Assembly (NCBI GenBank): GCA_963735825.1
Contig: CAVTMR010000020.1
Span: 499,770 to 563,769 of the forward strand
Source of the DNA: Candidatus Acidiferrales bacterium
GTDB lineage: Bacteria > Acidobacteriota > Terriglobia > Acidiferrales > UBA7541
Length of the DNA: 64,000 bases
Direction: 5' to 3'
Below are positions 56,918-64,000 of the stretch, in pieces. Every line of letters starts with the position of its first letter. Position 1 is the stretch's first letter. The position numbers were made by a program, and so were the translations under genes. Under the pieces are notes generated by a model, which was given only the letters and a program-made list of their open reading frames with translations, had not been told where the DNA came from and did no database searches.

Positions 56918-58063
56918 TTACTTGCGGGCGAAGCGCTCGAAGTCGGCCATCTGGCGCTCCATCTCTTCGCGTGCCGCGTCGGCAGCAGACCGAATGCCTT
57001 GGATGCGCAACTTGAATTCGTCGGCGTTCGACGCGCGGGAAAGCGCCTCTTCCAACGTGATCAATTCCTTGGTGTAAAGATCGAAGAGCGACTGGTCGAA
57101 GGTCTGCATGCCATATTGCGAGGTGCCTGCGGCGATAGCGTCGTGGATCAAGCGCGTCTTGTCCGCATTGATCACACAATCTCTGATGTAGGCGGTGGCA
57201 ATCATAATTTCAACCGCGGGCACGCGGCCTTTGTCATCGGCGCGGCGAACCAGTCGTTGAGAGATCACCGCTTTCAGTGTCGCTGCCATCTGCAAGCGGA
57301 TCTGCTTCTGCTCCGGCGGAGGGAAGACCGCAATAATACGCTGAATGGTTTCCGTGGCGTCCAAAGTGTGCAAGGTAGAGAAAACCAGGTGGCCGGTTTC
57401 CGCGGCGAGCAGCGCGGTGGAGATGGTTTCCAGGTCGCGCATTTCGCCGACCAGAATCACGTCGGGGTCCTGACGAAGGCCGGCGCGCAACGCGGTGGAG
57501 AAGTTCGCGGTATCGACTTCCACTTCGCGCTGGTTGATGAAACTGCGCTTGTCGCGGTGCAGAAACTCGATCGGGTCCTCAATGGTAATGATGTGATCGG
57601 CGCGGTTGGCGTTGATGCGATCGATCATTGCCGCCAGGGTGGTGGACTTACCAGAACCGGTCGTCCCGGTGACCAGCACCAGCCCGCGTTGCTCTTCGCA
57701 GATCTTGGAAATGACCGGAGGAAGATTCAGCTCTTCCACGGTACGAATCTTGGTTGGAATGACGCGGAGAACCATGCCCACGTTGCCGCGTTGCTGGAAG
57801 ACGTTCACACGAAAACGGCCAAGCCCAGCCACGCCATAGGCCATATCGAGTTCCGCGGTTTCCTTGAACTTTTGCTTTTGCCGGTTGGTCATCATGCTGA
57901 ATGCCATCGACAGCATTTCTTCCGGCGTGACACGCGGAACATCGGTGATGGGGGCCAGCAAACCGTCGACGCGCAGATAGGGGTGGTTGCCGACTTTCAA
58001 GTGCAAGTCAGATGATTTGTTTTCAACCGCGCGACGTAGTAGATCGTCAATGCTTAAGGCCAT
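56918..58063 (-). CDS. pilT: type IV pilus retraction ATPase PilT
   Basis: SDLHLKVGNHPYLRVDG, Walker A GTTGSGKSTT, ITIEDPIEF, ILVGEMRDLETI, GHLVFSTLHT. Confidence 0.95.
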   Translation of the reverse strand: MALSIDDLLRRAVENKSSDLHLKVGNHPYLRVDGLLAPITDVPRVTPEEMLSMAFSMMTNRQKQKFKETAELDMAYGVAGLGRFRVNVFQQRGNVGMVLRVIPTKIRTVEELNLPPVISKICEEQRGLVLVTGTTGSGKSTTLAAMIDRINANRADHIITIEDPIEFLHRDKRSFINQREVEVDTANFSTALRAGLRQDPDVILVGEMRDLETISTALLAAETGHLVFSTLHTLDATETIQRIIAVFPPPEQKQIRLQMAATLKAVISQRLVRRADDKGRVPAVEIMIATAYIRDCVINADKTRLIHDAIAAGTSQYGMQTFDQSLFDLYTKELITLEEALSRASNADEFKLRIQGIRSAADAAREEMERQMADFERFARK

Positions 58064-58185
58064 GGAAGTAACACCCCGCAGGAACCTTTCTCTTTGAACC
58101 TAGCACTGGCGGGCACGGCCAACAAGAAAGCCGGAGCGAGGCGTGGCTGTCTAGTTACCTGAGCGGGGGGACAGGAGAAGCGGTA

Positions 58186-58884
58186 CTAGACGTCCGCCTT
58201 GCGGAGAAACAGCGAGTCGTACAGCAGGCCAGCCAGGAAGCCGCCGATCAGCGGACCAATCCAGTAGATGCCCTGGTTGAGCCAATGATTGGACGCGAAA
58301 GCAGGTCCGAAGGCTCGGGCCGGATTGAGCGCTGCTCCGGTGAACGGACCCGCGACGATGATTCCCAGAGTAATGGTCAGCCCGATGCCAAAGCCGCCGA
58401 TGGCGCGGAAACTGCCACGCTCGTCAACGGCGGTAGCGAAGACCACCAGAACCAGGAAAAAGGTAGTAGTAGCCTCAAGTGCTAAGCCACCCCAGCGAGG
58501 GAAATCGGGCATGAGAATCGGCGTGCCCAGCAAAGCGTTTCGCCAAGTTTCCTCCGGCAATACCACTTTAAGAAGAAATGCCGCGGCAGTGGCGCCCAAT
58601 AACTGTGCCCCCCAGTAGGAGAGCGCGTCGAGCGTATTGACGCGCTTGGTGACCCAGAACCCAATGGTGATGGCGGGATTGAAATGTCCTCCGGAGATGT
58701 GTCCGAGCGCGGAAACCATGATGGCGATCGCCAGGCCGTGAGCCAGGGCGATGGCTAGAAGTCCGATGCCGCCGGTGCTATTGCTGCGAAGTTGAAAGTC
58801 CACGCAGACAGCGCCGGCGCCAAAAAAGATGAGCGCGAACGTGCCCAGAAATTCAGCAGTGAGCTTTTGCGAGAGGTTGTACAT
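58186..58884 (-). CDS. aqpZ: aquaporin (MIP family)
   Basis: Two NPA boxes: HISGGHFNPAITIG and GAALNPARAFG. Confidence 0.95.
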   Translation of the reverse strand: MYNLSQKLTAEFLGTFALIFFGAGAVCVDFQLRSNSTGGIGLLAIALAHGLAIAIMVSALGHISGGHFNPAITIGFWVTKRVNTLDALSYWGAQLLGATAAAFLLKVVLPEETWRNALLGTPILMPDFPRWGGLALEATTTFFLVLVVFATAVDERGSFRAIGGFGIGLTITLGIIVAGPFTGAALNPARAFGPAFASNHWLNQGIYWIGPLIGGFLAGLLYDSLFLRKADV

Positions 58885-59054
58885 CGAAAGGCCTCCAAGG
58901 CCGCGGATGAGTACAACGGAATCGAGGAGAGTCTATCCGGAAAAAACACCTTGCGCTAGCGCGGAGCAGCAAAGAATTGCGGCGGCGGAAACAACTGGAA
59001 TTTTGCGCCGCGATAAATGCGGCCCAAGCTGTGAGAAGTCAAGCGATGGCGCAG

Positions 59055-60017
59055 CTAGCGGGTGGCGGCGACGGGCGCGTTCACCGGCGTTAGCCAATTG
59101 TGACGATCAGCTTTCTTGCCGCTCGTAAGGGCGAAGAATTCCTCTTGAATGCGGCGGGTAATAGGGCCGGCAACACCCTTTCCGATGGTGATCTTGTCGA
59201 TCGAACGAAGCGGCGTGACTTCCACAGCCGTTCCAACGAAGAACACCTCGTCCGCAAGATAGAGCATTTCGCGCGGGATGACCGCTTCCTTCACCGGCAG
59301 ATCGAGATCCGCGGCGATCTTCACAATCGAATCACGCGTGATTCCGGGCAGAATGCTGGCGGCCAGTGGCGGCGTGTACAACGTGCCGTCGTGCACCAGG
59401 AAGATATTCATGCCGGAGCCTTCGCTGACGTGGCCATCTGTGTCGAGTGCAATGCCTTCCGTATAGCCATTGACCACGGCTTCCATGCGGATGAGTTGCG
59501 AGTTCATGTAATTGGCGGCTGCCTTGGACATTGCGGGCAGGGTGTTGGGCGCGATGCGCGTCCAGGTGCTGACACAGACGTCGACACCCTTAGAAAGCGC
59601 CTCGGGGCCGAGATACGCGCCCCAGTTCCAACAGGCCATGTAACATTCGATTGGCGCACCCAAGGGATTGACGCCGACTTCGCCGTAGCCGCGCAGTACG
59701 ATAGGCTTCACGTAGCACGGGCCCATCTTGTTGACGCGCACAAGTTCGCACGCCGCGTTGCTGAAATCGTCGAGGGTATAGGCCAATTCCATGCGATAGA
59801 TCTTCGCGGAGTTAATCAGGCGCTGCATGTGCTCACGCAGGCGGAAAATTGCCGGGCCATTCGGTGTTTCGTAGCAGCGAATGCCTTCGAATACTGCGGA
59901 GCCATAGCCGACAACGTGGGCAAGGACGTGGAGCTTGGCGTCGTCCCAAAGAATCCACTTTCCGTTGTGCCAGATCTTATCGGTCTTTTGTACCGGCATG
60001 GTGTCTCCTTTTCCCAT
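59055..60017 (-). CDS. ilvE: branched-chain amino acid aminotransferase (class IV)
   Basis: SAVFEGIRCY, VKPIVLRGYGEVGVNP, EGSGMNIF, ILPGITRDSI. Alternative start at 59999. Confidence 0.93.
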   Translation of the reverse strand: MGKGDTMPVQKTDKIWHNGKWILWDDAKLHVLAHVVGYGSAVFEGIRCYETPNGPAIFRLREHMQRLINSAKIYRMELAYTLDDFSNAACELVRVNKMGPCYVKPIVLRGYGEVGVNPLGAPIECYMACWNWGAYLGPEALSKGVDVCVSTWTRIAPNTLPAMSKAAANYMNSQLIRMEAVVNGYTEGIALDTDGHVSEGSGMNIFLVHDGTLYTPPLAASILPGITRDSIVKIAADLDLPVKEAVIPREMLYLADEVFFVGTAVEVTPLRSIDKITIGKGVAGPITRRIQEEFFALTSGKKADRHNWLTPVNAPVAATR

Positions 60018-60135
60018 CGAGAGGAGGATCTCCTCCTCTTACCTGCAGAATAAAGGGGCGCGAAGAGAGCGTCAATGAGCTTGCTCGCAGCAATGAAACA
60101 GTGAGTTGGCCAATTTGGCGTGCTACAAGCGGCGC

Positions 60136-61032
60136 TTAGTTCTTGGGTTGGTCAGCAGCAGGCGCGCTCGACCTACTAATGGCGGTGTAAGCCGCCTGGG
60201 CTTCAGCGAGCATTTTGCCATTGCCATGCAGCCAGATGCCGAGCACAAGAAACGGAATTACAGTGGCGGCGGCCCACAGCTTGCCATTCTTGGGGACTTT
60301 TGTCTCTGGTTCCCAACGGAACAATTGAGATGCAACAAAGAAGGACAACACGGCCCACGCAACTAGCGCCAGGAAGTAAACCCACAGATCCGTTATGTGC
60401 TTGGAGAAGAAGGTGGCCTGCTGGAGACCGGTAACCAGATAAGTGGCCGGAAGATAGTTGGAAAAACCCTGAACAACCTTCGGAAGATAAGCGAGAGGCA
60501 TGGTTGCGCCGGAAAGAAAAATCAAGGGCAGCCACAGGATCTGATTGATGACTTGGGTCTCCTGCATCGTATTGGTGATGCTGGCCACGACAAGGCCGAG
60601 CGAACCAAAAGCCACAGTGCCGACGCAAACGAAAAGAACCAGCGCGGGAAGGTTGCCGAAGTTTTGAACATGGAAGGCAAAGCGTGCGAGCGCGAGGATG
60701 ACCAATACTGTCGGGAGCGTGAGCACGAAATTGGCAAGCACGCTGGAGGCGAGCATGTCTGCGGAAGAAACGGGCGCGACGTGAAAGCGACGCAGGATGC
60801 CCTGTTCGCGATACATCACCAGCGTTGCGCTGAGACCCCAAAAGCTGCCCATGACGTTGAGCGCGAGGACCGGGCCGAGGAAAAAACTGACTGCGTGCGG
60901 ATCACTTTTCGCAAAGACGCCGGCATAAAGGAAGAAGAAGCCCAGCGGCATGACCACGCTGAAGAAAAAGAACATTTTGTTACGCAGCGCCAGCTGCATG
61001 CGCACGCGCGTGAGGGTGGCGAGGTTCGTCAA
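60136..61032 (-). CDS. ABC-2 type exporter permease
   Basis: Six hydrophobic segments; 4-nt overlap with the upstream ATPase gene. Confidence 0.88.
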   Translation of the reverse strand: MTNLATLTRVRMQLALRNKMFFFFSVVMPLGFFFLYAGVFAKSDPHAVSFFLGPVLALNVMGSFWGLSATLVMYREQGILRRFHVAPVSSADMLASSVLANFVLTLPTVLVILALARFAFHVQNFGNLPALVLFVCVGTVAFGSLGLVVASITNTMQETQVINQILWLPLIFLSGATMPLAYLPKVVQGFSNYLPATYLVTGLQQATFFSKHITDLWVYFLALVAWAVLSFFVASQLFRWEPETKVPKNGKLWAAATVIPFLVLGIWLHGNGKMLAEAQAAYTAISRSSAPAADQPKN

Positions 61033-61949
61033 TCGCGTAGCCTCCTTCCAGTGAGTTCGATGAACACATCTTCCAGCGAAGGGGTCGCGATTTCCAGGCT
61101 GACCAATTCGTTGCCCTCTGTCTCAAGGTGCTTAACCAGCGCCACGATCGCCGGAGCCGTCCGTTGGCAATGCAGCACGTATGCTCCCCCGAGTTCGCGA
61201 GCATCCACCACGCCATCGAGAGACTTCAGCGCGCCGTTCGAAGCCGGCTTCGCCAGGCGCACTTCCACGCGACTGGTGTTGGCCGATCTCTGCTTCAATT
61301 CCCGCGGCGTCCCTTGCGCGATCACCTTGCCGTGATCAATGATGGCGACGCGGTCGCAAAGTCGCTCCGCTTCTTCGATGTAGTGGGTGGTCAAAACAAT
61401 AGTCTTCTTCTCGTGCTTGAGTTCTTCGACGATGTCGTAGATCTCGCGACGGACCTGTGGGTCGAGACCCGCAGTGGGCTCGTCAAGGAAAAGAACCTTG
61501 GGATCGTTCACCAGAGCCAGCGCCAATGCGAGCCTTTGCTTCTGCCCTCCCGAAAGTTGGCTGTAGAAGGCATTGCGTTTTTCTTCCAGTCCGAAGCGCT
61601 TGAGAAGCTCTTCCGGTTGGCGGCCCCGGTTGTAAAAACTCGAGAATAACCGCAACGCTTCCGTAACTTTCAGCTTGTCGGGCAGGGAGGTGGACTGCAG
61701 CGCCGCTCCGATTTCGCGTTTCAGCTCCGTGGGATTTCTCACTGGGTCGAAACCGCACACGGAAACACGACCGCCATCGGCAACGCGCAAGCCTTCCAGC
61801 ACTTCAATGGTGCTGGTCTTTCCCGCGCCGTTCGGCCCGAGCAGACCGAAGACTTCACCTTCTTCGACGGAGAAGCTTACGCCGCGCACGGCTTCCAGGT
61901 CGCCATAGCGCTTCACAAGATTTTCAACCTGCAGAATCGGATTGGCCAT
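61029..61949 (-). CDS. ABC transporter ATP-binding protein (DrrA/ABC-2 type)
   Basis: GPNGAGKTST, LSGGQKQRLALALAL, VLFLDEPT. Confidence 0.93.
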   Translation of the reverse strand: MANPILQVENLVKRYGDLEAVRGVSFSVEEGEVFGLLGPNGAGKTSTIEVLEGLRVADGGRVSVCGFDPVRNPTELKREIGAALQSTSLPDKLKVTEALRLFSSFYNRGRQPEELLKRFGLEEKRNAFYSQLSGGQKQRLALALALVNDPKVLFLDEPTAGLDPQVRREIYDIVEELKHEKKTIVLTTHYIEEAERLCDRVAIIDHGKVIAQGTPRELKQRSANTSRVEVRLAKPASNGALKSLDGVVDARELGGAYVLHCQRTAPAIVALVKHLETEGNELVSLEIATPSLEDVFIELTGRRLRD

Positions 61950-62009
61950 GGATTCGAGGTCTCCATCGTACCGCAGGTAGCGGATTTCTCTCTACGGAAA
62001 CACTCACCC

Positions 62010-62357
62010 TCAGCTAGTACGCTTCTTTTTCGGCTTTGCTAACAGGGAAGGCTTGCGTTTCTCAGGAGACTTCCAAATATGAAGTTTCAGGTCCACGCGA
62101 GATTCAAGCAGTTTCACGCCCTCAGATTCCAGCAGTTTACGCTGCAGCGAGGCGTAGGGTTCGCGAATCAGCAGTTTACCGCGGGCGCCAACCACGCGAT
62201 GCCAAGGAATGCCTTTTCCAGAGGGCGTTGCCGCCATCGCTCTGCCTGCGGTTCTTGCGCCGCCCGGTAGACGCAGAGCTTTCGCCATCGCCCCATACGT
62301 AATAACCCTGCCGCGCGGGATTTGTTTCACGAACTGATACACCGGACTCCACGACAT
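62010..62357 (-). CDS. alkyltransferase-like (ATL) protein / MGMT DNA-binding domain lacking the active-site Cys
   Basis: IPRGRVITYGAMA..GIPWHRVV: Trp replaces Cys of the PCHRV motif. Lys-rich tail. Start at MSWSPVYQFV (62357). Confidence 0.8.
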   Translation of the reverse strand: MSWSPVYQFVKQIPRGRVITYGAMAKALRLPGGARTAGRAMAATPSGKGIPWHRVVGARGKLLIREPYASLQRKLLESEGVKLLESRVDLKLHIWKSPEKRKPSLLAKPKKKRTS

Positions 62358-62655
62358 TCGGGAACCTTCCTCGGCAAAGCGGGTTCCATAGTAAGGAGAG
62401 TGCGGCGGTGGGCACAAGAGCAACGTAGAGGCGCGCTGGTCCATGGCTTGCAGCGGAACGGAAAGACAAATGAAAAGCACGCAAAAATGTGATGACGCGA
62501 CAGCCGAAAAATGCGCGACGATGTGCGCAACGGGGGCTGACGCAACGTTTACTGAATCGCCGCATCCAACCTTGACGGGTGTAGTGGAAGCACCTTACAC
62601 TACCCCTGGAGCAGGCCTTGCGAGGCTTGCCCGGCAAGTTCGCCGGAGGAACGCC

Positions 62656-63123
62656 ATGGCCTTCGTTCGCCGCAAAGGAAATGCTTTTTATCTGGTGCAC
62701 AATGTGCGCCGCGGCGGAAAAGTTCAGCAACTCCATCTCGCGCGCCTGGGCGAACGCGCTCGAATCACCGACGACGTCGTTCGAGAAGTGACCAAGAAGC
62801 ACCCCTTCGTGGCTCTCAACTGGCGCTCCCTGCGTGAACAGTTAAATAACCAGATCGATCTGGCAGACCCTGAGTCGCCAGCCGTTCAAAAACTCGTGCA
62901 AAACCTGCGAGGGCTCAACCTGGCCCTTGCGGACCTATTTCCGCCCGTACTCCGACTTTCCGAATCGCCCGCCGTGGCGCGGGAATTGCTCGTACAACTG
63001 CGGTTGTTGCACTCCAGTATCCAGGTAAAGCTCGATCAGTTCGCCCGGAAGGACGACCTGAAAAGACTTGGCCGGACGGGCGGGCGTTTTGGGAATGCGC
63101 ATCCCGGATTCCGGGAGCGCTAG
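62656..63123 (+). CDS. hypothetical protein (155 aa) upstream of the AAA+ gene
   Basis: RBS ggagga. MAFVRRKGNAFYLVHNVRRGGKVQQLHLARLGE... Its stop lies 8 nt before the next ATG. Confidence 0.6.
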   Translation: MAFVRRKGNAFYLVHNVRRGGKVQQLHLARLGERARITDDVVREVTKKHPFVALNWRSLREQLNNQIDLADPESPAVQKLVQNLRGLNLALADLFPPVLRLSESPAVARELLVQLRLLHSSIQVKLDQFARKDDLKRLGRTGGRFGNAHPGFRER

Positions 63124-63131
63124 GAGGGGTC

Positions 63132-64000
63132 ATGGGCACGGGGGACTTTTCGCTTAATCCAAGTATTCGCAGTGCAGAGACGGTTGAATTTCAAAAGGCT
63201 CTGCGCGCGAAGATCGTTGGGCAGGACGAAGGGGTTCAAGCCCTGGTGGACTTTTTCCAGGTCTTTACCGCTGGGATGAATTCGCCGGGCCGGCCGGTGG
63301 CGAATCTCTTGTTTTTAGGTCCTACTGGGTCGGGCAAAACGCGGATCGTGGAAGCGGCGGCGGAAATTCTCTTCGGCAACCCGCGCGCCGTGATCAAAAT
63401 CGACTGCGCGGAGTTTCAACACTCCCATGAAATCGCCAAGCTGATCGGCTCGCCCCCGGGGTATCTGGGTCACCGCGAGACGCATCCGCTCATCACCCAG
63501 GAATCTCTGGCAGCTTCGCAAACCGACAAGCTGAAGCTGTCTTTTCTCTTGTTTGACGAAATTGAGAAGGCCAGTGACGCCCTGTGGCAGTTGCTGCTGG
63601 GCATGCTCGACAAAGCCACGCTCACTCTCGGCGACAATCGCCGCGTGGACCTTTCGCAGACCGTTATCTTCATGACTTCCAACCTCGGTGGCGGCGAAAT
63701 TACCGAACTGATGGCCGGTGGCTACGGCTTCATCAAGTCGGAGGATATGCCGGTATCGAACCTGGACCAACGCGTGGAGCGGACCGCCGTTGAGGCGGCG
63801 AGAAGAAAGTTTTCTCCCGAATTTATGAATCGCGTAGACAAGGTGGTCGTCTTCCACCCATTACGCAGAGAACAACTGGAAGCGGTTCTAGACATCGAAC
63901 TTGGACTCGTGCAGAAGAGGGTGTTGGACACCGCTTTGGGCAAGTTCCTATTCCGGGTTACAACTGCCGGACGCGATTTCCTTCTGACGGAAGGAACCGA
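63132..64000 (+). CDS. Clp/Hsp100 D2-type AAA+ ATPase (single AAA_2 module at N-terminus); 3' end off window
   Basis: Open at the window edge, so not in the ORF track. RBS aggagggg. IVGQDEGVQALVD, Walker A GPTGSGKT, IGSPPGYLGH, Walker B LLFDEIEKA, FMTSNLG, FSPEFMNRVDKVVVFHPL. Confidence 0.88.
   Translation, partial: MGTGDFSLNPSIRSAETVEFQKALRAKIVGQDEGVQALVDFFQVFTAGMNSPGRPVANLLFLGPTGSGKTRIVEAAAEILFGNPRAVIKIDCAEFQHSHEIAKLIGSPPGYLGHRETHPLITQESLAASQTDKLKLSFLLFDEIEKASDALWQLLLGMLDKATLTLGDNRRVDLSQTVIFMTSNLGGGEITELMAGGYGFIKSEDMPVSNLDQRVERTAVEAARRKFSPEFMNRVDKVVVFHPLRREQLEAVLDIELGLVQKRVLDTALGKFLFRVTTAGRDFLLTEGT

Overview
A 64-kb, high-GC chromosomal segment. The protein repertoire (RRM RNA-binding proteins, many STAS proteins, MCE/Mla operons, 'FDFVVG'-type small secreted proteins) looks like an Acidobacteriota-type soil bacterium; that assignment is inference only. 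Everything below comes from reading the sequence and ORF track by eye, with no searches run. Start codons are often uncertain by tens of nt.

Layout:
(i) 1-9.5 kb is a housekeeping core: ubiE, aroB, ABC-F, nadB, an M28 peptidase, tatC/tatA and ctp.
(ii) About 9.5-33.6 kb is an accessory, partly decayed belt. It holds a truncated IS110 transposase followed by an 800-bp non-coding stretch, a SYLF protein, a Gram-negative-type sortase and a Cys-rich-domain porin. It also holds an Mla/MCE operon whose permease carries a fused STAS domain, an integrase remnant and two roughly 0.36-0.40-kb direct repeats with variable octamer arrays. Further content is ligase, ADH, Rap1a-like, DUF72 and transposase pseudogenes, two orphan STAS genes, a type IV pilin, a PilZ protein and a DUF1232 protein.
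(iii) 33.8-64 kb is core again: DEAD-box helicase, rpoD, two RRM proteins, an RsbW-like kinase + STAS + MlaE/F/D + lipoprotein operon, and an RND efflux pair. It continues with AmiC-type amidase, SLT, alaS, recX, a frameshifted ferredoxin, pilT, aqpZ, ilvE, an ABC-2 exporter, an ATL protein and a Clp-D2-like AAA+ gene cut by the window edge.

I found no rRNA, no convincing tRNA and no CRISPR array.

The most interesting candidates are:
- the partner-switching (kinase/STAS) module wired to a lipid-transport Mla operon, with a paralogous STAS-MlaE fusion operon elsewhere in the window;
- the pair of structured non-coding direct repeats at 20.8 and 21.9 kb;
- the unexplained non-coding block downstream of the IS110 remnant.

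Several genes carry frame disruptions, which could be real decay or assembly error.
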